DNA from: Eledone cirrhosa
Lineage: Eukaryota
Assembly: GCA_964016885.1 (NCBI GenBank)
Contig: OZ024745.1
Coordinates: 65,224,001-65,288,000 of the forward strand
DNA: 64,000 bases
Reading direction: 5' to 3'
In this document: piece after piece, positions 1-14,200 of the stretch
Position numbering within the stretch: the first letter of the stretch is position 1
Layout: each line of letters begins with the position of its first letter
Made by a program: the position numbers and the translations under genes
The notes under the pieces: model-generated
What the model was told of the DNA's origin: nothing
What the model saw: the letters and a program-made list of their open reading frames with translations, nothing else
The model's database searches: none

Positions 1-669
1 ATCCATTTTTTATTTGGTTGATCCATTTTTTATTAGGGGGATCCATATTTTATTTGGGTGATCCATTTTAATTTGGAGATCCATTTTTTGTTTAGGTGAT
101 CCATTTTATAATTGGGTGATCCATTTTTTATTTGGGGGATCCATTTTTTATTTGGGGGATCCATTATTTATTTGGGTGATGCATTTTTTATTTGGGTGAT
201 CCATTTTTTATTTGGGTGATCCATTTTTTATTTGGGTGATCCATTTTTTATTTGGGTGATCCATTTTTTATTTGGGGGATCCATTTTTTATTTGGGGGAT
301 CCATTTTTTATTTGGGGGATCCATTTTTTATTTGGGGGATCCATTTTTTATTTCGGGGATCCATTTTTTATTTGGGTGATTCATTTTTTATTTGGGGGAT
401 CCATTTTTTATTTGGTAATCCATTTTTTTTATTTGGGGGTCCATTTTTTATTTGGGTGATCCATTTTTTATTTGGATGATCCATTTTTTAATTGGGTGAA
501 CCATTTTTATTTGGGTGATCCATTTTTTACTTGGGGGATGCATTTTTTATTTGGGTGATCCATTTTTTATTTTGCTGATTCATTTTTTATTTGGGTGATC
601 CATTTTTTATTTGGGGGATCCATTTTTTATTTGGGTGAACCATTTTTTATTTGGGAGATCCATTTTTTA

Positions 670-2810
670 TTTGGGTGATCCATTTTTTATTTGGGTGATC
701 CATTTTTTATTTGGGTGATCCATTTTTTATTTGGGGGATCCATTTTTTATTTGGGGGATCCATTTTTTATTTGGGTGATCCATTTTTATTTGGAGATCCA
801 TTTTGTATTTGGGTGATCCATTTTTTAATTGGGTGATCCATTTTTTATTTGGGTGATCCATTTTTTATTTGGGTGGTCCATTTTTTATTTGGGTGATCCA
901 TTTTTTATTTGGGGGATCCATTTTTTATTTGGGTGATCCATTTTTTATTTGGGGATCCATTTTTTATTTGGGTGATCCATTTTTTATTTGGGTGATCCAT
1001 TTTTTATTTGGGGGATCCATTTTTTATTTGGGTGATCCATTTTTTATTTGGGGGGGGTCCATTTTTTATTTGGGGGTATCCATTTTTATTTGGGTGATCC
1101 ATTTTTTATTTGGGGGATCCATTTTTTATTTGGGTGATCCCTTTTTTATTTGGGGGATCCATTTTTTATTTGGGTGATCCATTTTTTATTTGGGGGATCC
1201 ATTTTTTATTTGGGTGATCCATTTTTTATTTGGGTGATCCATTTTTTATTTGGGGGATCCATTTTTTATTTGGGTGATCCATTTTTTATTTGGGTGATCC
1301 ATTTTTTATTTGGGTGATCCATTTTTTATTTGGGGGATCCATTTTTTATTTGGGGGATCCATTTTTTATTTGGGTGATCCATTTTTATTTGGAGATCCAT
1401 TTTGTATTTGGGTGATCCATTTTTTAATTGGGTGATCCATTTTTTATTTGGGTGATCCATTTTTTATTTGGGGGATCCATTTTTTATTTGGGTGATCCAT
1501 TTTTTATTTGGGTGGTCCATTTTTTATTTGGGTGATCCATTTTTTATTTGGGGGATCCATTTTTTATTTGGGTGATCCATTTTTTATTTGGGGATCCATT
1601 TTTTATTTGGGTGATCCATTTTTTATTTGGGTGATCCATTTTTTATTTGGGGGATACATTTTTTATTTGGGGGATCCATTTTTTATTTGGGTGATCCATT
1701 TTTTATTTGGGGGATCCATTTTTTATTTGGGGGATTCATTTTTTATTTGGGTGATCCATTTTTTATTAGGGGGATCCATTTTTTATTTGGGTGATCCATT
1801 TTTTATTTGGGTGATCCATTTTTTATTTGGGTGATCCATTTTTTATTTGGGGGATCCATTTTTTATTTGGGGGATCCATTTTTTATTTGGGTGATCCATT
1901 TTTATTTGGAGATCCATTTTGTATTTGGGTGATCCATTTTTTAATTGGGTGATCCATTTTTTATTTGGGTGATCCATTTTTTATTTGGGTGGTCCATTTT
2001 TTATTTGGGTGATCCATTTTTTATTTGGGGGATCCATTTTTTATTTGGGTGATCCATTTTTTATTTGGGGATCCATTTTTTATTTGGGTGATCCATTTTT
2101 TATTTGGGTGATCCATTTTTTATTTGGGGGATCCATTTTTTATTTGGGTGATCCATTTTTTATTTGGGGGGGGTCCATTTTTTATTTGGGGGTATCCATT
2201 TTTATTTGGGTGATCCATTTTTTATTTGGGGGATCCATTTTTTATTTGGGTGATCCCTTTTTTATTTGGGGGATCCATTTTTTATTTGGGTGATCCATTT
2301 TTTATTTGGGTGATCCATTTTTTATTTGGGTGATCCATTTTTTATTTGGGGGATCCATTTTTTATTTGGGGGATCCATTTTTTATTTGGGTGATCCATTT
2401 TTATTTGGAGATCCATTTTGTATTTGGGTGATCCATTTTTTAATTGGGTGATCCATTTTTTATTTGGGTGATCCATTTTTTATTTGGGGGATCCATTTTT
2501 TATTTGGGTGATCCATTTTTTATTTGGGTGGTCCATTTTTTATTTGGGTGATCCATTTTTTATTTGGGGGATCCATTTTTTATTTGGGTGATCCATTTTT
2601 TATTTGGGGATCCATTTTTTATTTGGGTGATCCATTTTTTATTTGGGTGATCCATTTTTTATTTGGGGGATACATTTTTTATTTGGGGGATCCATTTTTT
2701 ATTTGGGTGATCCATTTTTTATTTGGGGGATCCATTTTTTATTTGGGGGATTCATTTTTTATTTGGGTGATCCATTTTTTATTAGGGGGATCCATTTTTT
2801 ATTTGGGTGA
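670..2810 (+). repeat. Local tandem block duplication, period 1116 bp then 1016 bp (copies differ by 5 monomers)
   Basis: The marker pair G8-TCC followed by GGGGGTATCC occurs at ~1050 and ~2166. Identical ORF-track translations start at 869 and 1985 (offset 1116), and related ones at 1508 and 2524 (offset 1016). Confidence 0.75.
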
Positions 2811-5800
2811 TCCATTTTTATTTGGAGATCCATTTTTTATTTAGGTGATCCATTTTATAATTGGGTGATCCATTTTTTATTTGGGGGATCCATTTTTTAT
2901 TTGGAGGATCCATTATTTATTTGGGTGATCCATTTTTTATTTGGGTGATCCATTTTTTATTTGGGTGATCCATTTTTTATTTGGGTTGATCCCTTTTTTA
3001 TTTGGGGGATCCATTTTTTATTTGGGTGATCCATTTTTTATTTTGGGGATCCATTTTTTATTTGGGTGATCCATTTTTTATTTGGGTGATCCATTTTTTA
3101 TTTGGGTTGATCCCTTTTTTATTTGGGGGATCCATTTTTTATTTGGGTGATCCATTTTTTATTTTGGGGATTCATTTTTTATTTGGGTGATCCATTTTTT
3201 ATTTGGGTGATCCATTTTTTATTTGGGTGATCCATTTTTTATTTGGGTGATCCATTTTTTATTTGGGTGATCCATTTTTTATTTGAGGGACCCATTTTAT
3301 ATTTGGGTGATCCATTTTTTATTTGGGTGATCCATTTTTTATTTGGGGGATCCATTTTTTATTTGGGGGATCCATTTTTTATTTGGGGGATCCATTTTTT
3401 ATTTGGGGGATCCATTTTTTATTTCGGGGATCCATTTTTTATTTGGGTGATTCATTTTTTATTTGGGGGATCCATTTTTTATTTGGGTGATCCATTTTTT
3501 TTATTTGGGGGTCCATTTTTTATTTGGGTGATCCATTTTTTATTTGGGTGATCCATTTTTTAATTGGGTGATCCATTTTTATTTGGGTGATCCATTTTTT
3601 ACTTGGGGGATCCATTTTTTATTTGGGTGATCCATTTTTTATTTTGCTGATTCATTTTTTATTTGGGTGATCCATTTTTTATTTGGGGGATCCATTTTTT
3701 ATTTGGGTGAACCATTTTTTATTTGGGGGGATCCATTTTTTATTTGGGTGATCCATTTTTTATTTGGGTGATCCATTTTTTATTTGGGTGATCCATTTTT
3801 TATTTGGGTGATCCATTTTTTATTTGGGTGATCCATTTTTTATTTGGGTGATCCATTTTTTATTTGGGGATCCATTTTTTATTTGGGTGATCCATTTTTT
3901 ATTTGGGTGATCCATTTTTTATTTGGGGGATCCATTTTTTATTTGGGTGATCCATTTTTTATTTGGGGATCCATTTTTTATTTGGGTGATCCATTTTTTA
4001 TTTGGGTGATCCATTTTTTATTTGGGGGATCCATTTTTTATTTGGGTGATCCATTCTTTATTTGGGGGTCCATTTTTTATTTGGGGGATCCATTTTTATT
4101 TGGGTGATCCATTTTTTATTTGGGGGATCCATTTTTTATTTGAGTGATCCATTTTTTATTTGGGTTGATCCCTTTTTTATTTGGGGGATCCATTTTTTAT
4201 TTGGGTGATCCATTTTTTATTTGGGGGATCCATTTTTTATTTGGGGGATCCATTTTTTATTTGGTTGATCCATTTTTTATTAGGGGGATCCATATTTTAT
4301 TTGGGTGATCCATTTTAATTTGGAGATCCATTTTTTGTTTAGGTGATCCATTTTATAATTGGGTGATCCATTTTTTATTTGGGGGATCCATTTTTTATTT
4401 GGGGGATCCATTATTTATTTGGGTGATGCATTTTTTATTTGGGTGATCCATTTTTTATTTGGGTGATCCATTTTTTATTTGGGTGATCCATTTTTTATTT
4501 GGGTGATCCATTTTTTATTTGGGGGATCCATTTTTTATTTGGGTGATCCATTTTTTATTTGGGTGATCCATTTTTTATTTGAGGGATCCATTTTATATTT
4601 GGGTGATCCATTTTTTATATGGGTGATCCATTTTTTATTTGGGGGATCCATTTTTTATTTGGGGGATCCATTTTTTATTTGGGGGATCCATTTTTTATTT
4701 GGGGGATCCATTTTTTATTTCGGGGATCCATTTTTTATTTGGGTGATTCATTTTTTATTTGGGGGATCCATTTTTTATTTGGTAATCCATTTTTTTTATT
4801 TGGGGGTCCATTTTTTATTTGGGTGATCCATTTTTTATTTGGATGATCCATTTTTTAATTGGGTGATCCATTTTTATTTGGGTGATCCATTTTTTACTTG
4901 GGGGATGCATTTTTTATTTGGGTGATCCATTTTTTATTTTGCTGATTCATTTTTTATTTGGGTGATCCATTTTTTACTTGGGGGATGCATTTTTTATTTG
5001 GGTGATCCATTTTTTATTTGGGGGATCCATTTTTTATTTGGGTGATCCATTTTTTATTTGGGGGATCCATATTTTATTTCGGGGATCCATTTTTTATTTG
5101 GGTGATTCATTTTTTATTTGGGGGATCCATTATTTATTTTGGGTGATCCATTTTTTATTAGGGGGATCCATTTTTTATTTGGGTGATCCATTTTTATTTG
5201 TAGATCCATTTTTTATTTGGGTGATCCATTTTTTAATTGGATGATCCATTTTTTATTTGGGGGATCCATTTTTTATTTGGGGGATCCATTATTTATTTGG
5301 GTGATCCATTTTTTATTTGGGTGATCCATTTTTTATTCGGGGGATCCATTTTTTATTTGGGTGATCCATTTTTTATTTGGGTGATCCATTTTTTAATTGG
5401 GGATCCATTTTTTATTTAGTTGATCCATTTTTTAATTGGGTGATGCATTTTTTATTTGGGGGATCCATTTTTTATTTGGGGGATCCATTTTTTATTTGGG
5501 GGATCCATTGTTTATTTGGGTGATCCATTTTTTATTTGGGTGATCCATTTTTTATTTGGGGGATCCATTTTGTATTTGGGTGATCCATTTTTTATTTGGG
5601 TGATCCATTTTTTATTTGGGTGATCCATTTTTTATTTGTGGGATCCATTTTTTATTTGGGTGATCCATTTTTTATTTGGGGGATCCTTTTTTTATTTGGG
5701 TGATCCATTTTTTATTTGGGTGATCCATTTTTTATTTGGGGGATCCATTTTTTATTTGGGTGATCCATTTTTTATTTGGGTGATCCATTTTTTATTTGGG

Positions 5801-6469
5801 GGATCCATTTTTTATTTGGGTGATCCATTTTTTATTTGGGGGATCCATTTTTTATTTGGGGGATCCATTTTTTATTTGGGTGATCCATTTTTTATATGGG
5901 TGATCCATTTTTTATTTGGGGGGATCCATTTTTAATTTGGGTGATCCATTTTTTATTTGGAGGATCCATTTTTTATTTGGGTGATCCATATTTTATTTGG
6001 GGGATCCATTTTTTATTTGGGTGATCCATTTTTTATTTGGGTGATCCATTTTTTAATTGGGTGATCCATTTTTTATTTGGGGGATCCATTTTTTATTTGG
6101 GTGATCCATTTTTTAGTTGGGTGGTCCATTTTTTATTTGGGTGATCCATTTTCTATTTGGGGGATCCATTTTTTATTTGGGTGATCCATTTTTTATTTGG
6201 GGATCCATTTTTTATTTGGGTGATCCATTTTTTATTTGGGTGATCCATTTTTTATTTGGGGGATCCATTTTTTATTTGGGTGATTCATTTTTTATTTGGG
6301 GGGTCCATTTTTTATTTGGGGGATCCATTTTTATTTGGGTGATCCATTTTTTATTTGGGGGATCCATTTTTTATTTGGGTGATCCATTTTTTATTTGGGT
6401 TGATCCCTTTTTTATTTGGGGGATCCATTTTTATTTGGGTGATCCATTTTTTATTTGGGGGATCCATTT

Positions 6470-9400
6470 TTTATTTGGGTGATCCATTTTTTATTTGAGG
6501 GATCCATTTTATATTTGGGTGATCCATTTTTTATTTGGGGGATCCATTATTTATTTGGGTGATCCATTTTTTATTTGGGTGATCCATTTTTTATTTGGGT
6601 GATCCATTTTTTATTTGGGTGATCCATTTTTTATTTGGGTGATACATTTTTTATTTGGGGGATCCATTTTTTATTTGGGTGATCCATTTTTTATTTGGGT
6701 GATCCATTTTTTATTTGAGGGATCCATTTTATATTTGGGTGATCCATTTTTTATTTGGGTGATCCATTTTTTATTTGGGGGATCCATTTTTTATTTGGGG
6801 GATCCATTTTTTATTTGGGGGATCCATTTTTTATTTGGGGGATCCATTTTTTATTTCGGGGATCCATTTTTTATTTGGGTGATTCATTTTTTATTTGGGG
6901 GATCCATTTTTTATTTGGGTGATCCATTTTTTTAATTTGGGGGTCCATTTTTTATTTGGGTAATCCATTTTTTATTTGGGTGATCCATTATTTAATTGGG
7001 TGATCCATTTTTATTTGGGTGATCCATTTTTTACTTGGGGGATCCATTTTTTATTTGGGTGATCCATTTTTTATTTTGCTGATTCATTTTTTATTTGGGT
7101 GATCCATTTTTTATTTGGGGGATCCATTTTTTATTTGGGTGAACCATTTTTTATTTGGGGGATCCATTTTTTATTTGGGTGATCCATTTTTTATTTGGGT
7201 GATCCATTTTTTATTTGGGGGATCCATTTTTTATTTGGGTGATCCATTTTTTATTTGGGTGATCCATTTTTTATTTGGGTGATCCATTTTTTATTTGGGG
7301 GATCCATTTTTTATTTGGGGGATCCATTTTTTATTTGGGTGATCCATTTTTATTTGGAGATCCATTTTGTATTTGGGTGATCCATTTTTTAATTGGGTGA
7401 TCCATTTTTTATTTGGGTGATCCATTTTTTATTTGGGGGATCCATTTTTTATTTGGGTGATCCATTTTTTATTTGGGTGGTCCATTTTTTATTTGGGTGA
7501 TCCATTTTTTATTTGGGGGATCCATTTTTTATTTGGGTGATCCATTTTTTATTTGGGGATCCATTTTTTATTTGGGTGATCCATTTTTTATTTGGGTGAT
7601 CCATTTTTTATTTGGGGGATACATTTTTTATTTGGGGGATCCATTTTTTATTTGGGTGATCCATTTTTTATTTGGGGGATCCATTTTTTATTTGGGGGAT
7701 TCATTTTTTATTTGGGTGATCCATTTTTTATTAGGGGGATCCATTTTTTATTTGGGTGATCCATTTTTATTTGGAGATCCATTTTTTATTTAGGTGATCC
7801 ATTTTATAATTGGGTGATCCATTTTTTATTTGGGGGATCCATTTTTTATTTGGAGGATCCATTATTTATTTGGGTGATCCATTTTTTATTTGGGTGATCC
7901 ATTTTTTATTTGGGTGATCCATTTTTTATTTGGGTTGATCCCTTTTTTATTTGGGGGATCCATTTTTTATTTGGGTGATCCATTTTTTATTTTGGGGATC
8001 CATTTTTTATTTGGGTGATCCATTTTTTATTTGGGTGATCCATTTTTTATTTGGGTTGATCCCTTTTTTATTTGGGGGATCCATTTTTTATTTGGGTGAT
8101 CCATTTTTTATTTTGGGGATTCATTTTTTATTTGGGTGATCCATTTTTTATTTGGGTGATCCATTTTTTATTTGGGTGATCCATTTTTTATTTGGGTGAT
8201 CCATTTTTTATTTGGGTGATCCATTTTTTATTTGAGGGACCCATTTTATATTTGGGTGATCCATTTTTTATTTGGGTGATCCATTTTTCATTTGGGGGAT
8301 CCATTTTTTATTTGGGGGATCCATTTTTTATTTGGGGGATCCATTTTTTATTTGGGGGATCCATTTTTTATTTCGGGGATCCATTTTTTATTTGGGTGAT
8401 TCATTTTTTATTTGGGGGATCCATTTTTTATTTGGGTGATCCATTTTTTTTATTTGGGGGTCCATTTTTTATTTGGGTGATCCATTTTTTATTTGGGTGA
8501 TCCATTTTTTAATTGGGTGATCCATTTTTATTTGGGTGATCCATTTTTTACTTGGGGGATCCATTTTTTATTTGGGTGATCCATTTTTTATTTTGCTGAT
8601 TCATTTTTTATTTGGGTGATCCATTTTTTATTTGGGGGATCCATTTTTTATTTGGGTGAACCATTTTTTATTTGGGGGGATCCATTTTTTATTTGGGTGA
8701 TCCATTTTTTATTTGGGTGATCCATTTTTTATTTGGGTGATCCATTTTTTATTTGGGTGATCCATTTTTTATTTGGGTGATCCATTTTTTATTTGGGTGA
8801 TCCATTTTTTATTTGGGGATCCATTTTTTATTTGGGTGATCCATTTTTTATTTGGGTGATCCATTTTTTATTTGAGGGATCCATTTTATATTTGGGTGAT
8901 CCATTTTTTATTTGGGGGATCCATTATTTATTTGGGTGATCCATTTTTTATTTGGGTGATCCATTTTTTATTTGGGTGATCCATTTTTTATTTGGGTGAT
9001 CCATTTTTTATTTGGGTGATACATTTTTTATTTGGGGGATCCATTTTTTATTTGGGTGATCCATTTTTTATTTGGGTGATCCATTTTTTATTTGAGGGAT
9101 CCATTTTATATTTGGGTGATCCATTTTTTATTTGGGTGATCCATTTTTTATTTGGGGGATCCATTTTTTATTTGGGGGATCCATTTTTTATTTGGGGGAT
9201 CCATTTTTTATTTGGGGGATCCATTTTTTATTTCGGGGATCCATTTTTTATTTGGGTGATTCATTTTTTATTTGGGGGATCCATTTTTTATTTGGGTGAT
9301 CCATTTTTTTAATTTGGGGGTCCATTTTTTATTTGGGTAATCCATTTTTTATTTGGGTGATCCATTATTTAATTGGGTGATCCATTTTTATTTGGGTGAT

Positions 9401-11250
9401 CCATTTTTTACTTGGGGGATCCATTTTTTATTTGGGTGATCCATTTTTTATTTTGCTGATTCATTTTTTATTTGGGTGATCCATTTTTTATTTGGGGGAT
9501 CCATTTTTTATTTGGGTGAACCATTTTTTATTTGGGGGATCCATTTTTTATTTGGGTGATCCATTTTTTATTTGGGTGATCCATTTTTTATTTGGGGGAT
9601 CCATTTTTTATTTGGGTGATCCATTTTTTATTTGGGTGATCCATTTTTTATTTGGGTGATCCATTTTTTATTTGGGGGATCCATTTTTTATTTGGGGGAT
9701 CCATTTTTTATTTGGGTGATCCATTTTTATTTGGAGATCCATTTTGTATTTGGGTGATCCATTTTTTAATTGGGTGATCCATTTTTTATTTGGGTGATCC
9801 ATTTTTTATTTGGGGGATCCATTTTTTATTTGGGTGATCCATTTTTTATTTGGGTGGTCCATTTTTTATTTGGGTGATCCATTTTTTATTTGGGGGATCC
9901 ATTTTTTATTTGGGTGATCCATTTTTTATTTGGGGATCCATTTTTTATTTGGGTGATCCATTTTTTATTTGGGTGATCCATTTTTTATTTGGGGGATACA
10001 TTTTTTATTTGGGGGATCCATTTTTTATTTGGGTGATCCATTTTTTATTTGGGGGATCCATTTTTTATTTGGGGGATTCATTTTTTATTTGGGTGATCCA
10101 TTTTTTATTAGGGGGATCCATTTTTTATTTGGGTGATCCATTTTTATTTGGAGATCCATTTTTTATTTAGGTGATCCATTTTATAATTGGGTGATCCATT
10201 TTTTATTTGGGGGATCCATTTTTTATTTGGAGGATCCATTATTTATTTGGGTGATCCATTTTTTATTTGGGTGATCCATTTTTTATTTGGGTGATCCATT
10301 TTTTATTTGGGTTGATCCCTTTTTTATTTGGGGGATCCATTTTTTATTTGGGTGATCCATTTTTTATTTTGGGGATCCATTTTTTATTTGGGTGATCCAT
10401 TTTTTATTTGGGTGATCCATTTTTTATTTGGGTTGATCCCTTTTTTATTTGGGGGATCCATTTTTTATTTGGGTGATCCATTTTTTATTTTGGGGATTCA
10501 TTTTTTATTTGGGTGATCCATTTTTTATTTGGGTGATCCATTTTTTATTTGGGTGATCCATTTTTTATTTGGGTGATCCATTTTTTATTTGGGTGATCCA
10601 TTTTTTATTTGAGGGACCCATTTTATATTTGGGTGATCCATTTTTTATTTGGGTGATCCATTTTTCATTTGGGGGATCCATTTTTTATTTGGGGGATCCA
10701 TTTTTTATTTGGGGGATCCATTTTTTATTTGGGGGATCCATTTTTTATTTCGGGGATCCATTTTTTATTTGGGTGATTCATTTTTTATTTGGGGGATCCA
10801 TTTTTTATTTGGGTGATCCATTTTTTTTATTTGGGGGTCCATTTTTTATTTGGGTGATCCATTTTTTATTTGGGTGATCCATTTTTTAATTGGGTGATCC
10901 ATTTTTATTTGGGTGATCCATTTTTTACTTGGGGGATCCATTTTTTATTTGGGTGATCCATTTTTTATTTTGCTGATTCATTTTTTATTTGGGTGATCCA
11001 TTTTTTATTTGGGGGATCCATTTTTTATTTGGGTGAACCATTTTTTATTTGGGGGGATCCATTTTTTATTTGGGTGATCCATTTTTTATTTGGGTGATCC
11101 ATTTTTTATTTGGGTGATCCATTTTTTATTTGGGTGATCCATTTTTTATTTGGGTGATCCATTTTTTATTTGGGTGATCCATTTTTTATTTGGGGATCCA
11201 TTTTTTATTTGGGTGATCCATTTTTTATTTGGGTGATCCATTTTTTATTT
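6470..11250 (+). repeat. Tandem block duplication, period 2377 bp
   Basis: ORF-track entries 6615/7473/7951/8192 recur identically at 8992/9850/10328/10569. Private variants GGGTAATCC..CCATTATTTAATT (~6960 and ~9337) and CCATTTTTCATTT (8281 and 10658) are shared at that offset. Confidence 0.9.
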
Positions 11251-14200
11251 GGGGGATCCATTTTTTATTTGGGTGATTCATTTTTTATTTGGGGATCCAT
11301 TTTTTATTTGGGTGATCCATTTTTTATTTGGGTGATCCATTTTTTATTTGGGGGATCCATTTTTTATTTGGGTGATCCATTCTTTATTTGGGGGTCCATT
11401 TTTTATTTGGGGGATCCATTTTTATTTGGGTGATCCATTTTTTATTTGGGGGATCCATTTTTTATTTGAGTGATCCATTTTTTAATTGGGTTGATCCCTT
11501 TTTTATTTGGGGGATCCATTTTTTATTTGGGTGATCCATTTTTTATTTGGGGGATCCATTTTTTATTTGGGGGATCCATTTTTTATTTGGTTGATCCATT
11601 TTTTATTAGGGGGATCCATATTTTATTTGGGTGATCCATTTTAATTTGGAGATCCATTTTTTGTTTAGGTGATCCATTTTATAATTGGGTGATCCATTTT
11701 TTATTTGGGGGATCCATTTTTTATTTGGGGGATCCATTATTTATTTGGGTGATGCATTTTTTATTTGGGTGATCCATTTTTTATTTGGGTGATCCATTTT
11801 TTATTTGGGTGATCCATTTTTTATTTGGGTGATCCATTTTTTATTTGGGGGATCCATTTTTTATTTGGGTGATCCATTTTTTATTTGGGTGATCCATTTT
11901 TTATTTGAGGGATCCATTTTATATTTGGGTGATCCATTTTTTATATGGGTGATCCATTTTTTATTTGGGGGATTCATTTTTTATTTGGGGGATCCATTTT
12001 TTATTTGGGGGATCCATTTTTTATTTGGGGGATCCATTTTTTATTTCGGGGATCCATTTTTTATTTGGGTGATTCATTTTTTATTTGGGGGATCCATTTT
12101 TTATTTGGTAATCCATTTTTTTTATTTGGGGGTCCATTTTTTATTTGGGTGATCCATTTTTTATTTGGATGATCCATTTTTTAATTGGGTGAACCATTTT
12201 TATTTGGGTGATCCATTTTTTACTTGGGGGATGCATTTTTTATTTGGGTGATCCATTTTTTATTTTGCTGATTCATTTTTTATTTGGGTGATCCATTTTT
12301 TATTTGGGGGATCCATTTTTTATTTGGGTGAACCATTTTTTATTTGGGAGATCCATTTTTTATTTGGGTGATCCATTTTTTATTTGGGTGATCCATTTTT
12401 TATTTGGGTGATCCATTTTTTATTTGGGGGATCCATTTTTTATTTGGGGGATCCATTTTTTATTTGGGTGATCCATTTTTATTTGGAGATCCATTTTGTA
12501 TTTGGGTGATCCATTTTTTAATTGGGTGATCCATTTTTTATTTGGGTGATCCATTTTTTATTTGGGTGGTCCATTTTTTATTTGGGTGATCCATTTTTTA
12601 TTTGGGGGATCCATTTTTTATTTGGGTGATCCATTTTTTATTTGGGGATCCATTTTTTATTTGGGTGATCCATTTTTTATTTGGGTGATCCATTTTTTAT
12701 TTGGGGGATCCATTTTTTATTTGGGTGATCCATTTTTTATTTGGGGGGGGTCCATTTTTTATTTGGGGGATCCATTTTTATTTGGGTGATCCATTTTTTA
12801 TTTGGGGGATCCATTTTTTATTTGGGTGATCCCTTTTTTATTTGGGGGATCCATTTTTTATTTGGGTGATCCATTTTTTATTTGGGGGATCCATTTTTTA
12901 TTTGGGTGATCCATTTTTTATTTGGGTGATCCATTTTTTATTTGGGGGATCCATTTTTTATTTGGGTGATCCATTTTTTATTTGGGTGATCCATTTTTTA
13001 TTTGGGTGATCCATTTTTTATTTGGGGGATCCATTTTTTATTTGGGGGATCCATTTTTTATTTGGGTGATCCATTTTTATTTGGAGATCCATTTTGTATT
13101 TGGGTGATCCATTTTTTAATTGGGTGATCCATTTTTTATTTGGGTGATCCATTTTTTATTTGGGGGATCCATTTTTTATTTGGGTGATCCATTTTTTATT
13201 TGGGTGGTCCATTTTTTATTTGGGTGATCCATTTTTTATTTGGGGGATCCATTTTTTATTTGGGTGATCCATTTTTTATTTGGGGATCCATTTTTTATTT
13301 GGGTGAACCATTTTTTATTTGGGTGATCCATTTTTTATTTGGGGGATACATTTTTTATTTGGGGGATCCATTTTTTATTTGGGTGATCCATTTTTTATTT
13401 GGGGGATCCATTTTTTATTTGGGGGATTCATTTTTTATTTGGGTGATCCATTTTTTATTAGGGGGATCCATTTTTTATTTGGGTGATCCATTTTTATTTG
13501 GAGATCCATTTTTTATTTAGGTGATCCATTTTATAATTGGGTGATCCATTTTTTATTTGGGGGATCCATTTTTTATTTGGAGGATCCATTATTTATTTGG
13601 GTGATCCATTTTTTATTTGGGTGATCCATTTTTTATTTGGGTTGATCCCTTTTTTATTTGGGGGATCCATTTTTTATTTGGGTGATCCATTTTTTATTTT
13701 GGGGATCCATTTTTTATTTGGGTGATCCATTTTTTATTTGGGTGATCCATTTTTTATTTGGGTTGATCCCTTTTTTATTTGGGGGATCCATTTTTTATTT
13801 GGGTGATCCATTTTTTATTTTGGGGATTCATTTTTTATTTGGGTGATCCATTTTTTATTTGGGTGATCCATTTTTTATTTGGGTGATCCATTTTTTATTT
13901 GGGTGATCCATTTTTTATTTGGGTGATCCATTTTTTATTTGAGGGACCCATTTTATATTTGGGTGATCCATTTTTTATTTGGGTGATCCATTTTTTATTT
14001 GGGGGATCCATTTTTTATTTGGGGGATCCATTTTTTATTTGGGGGATCCATTTTTTATTTGGGGGATCCATTTTTTATTTCGGGGATCCATTTTTTATTT
14101 GGGTGATTCATTTTTTATTTGGGGGATCCATTTTTTATTTGGGTGATCCATTTTTTTTATTTGGGGGTCCATTTTTTATTTGGGTGATCCATTTTTTATT

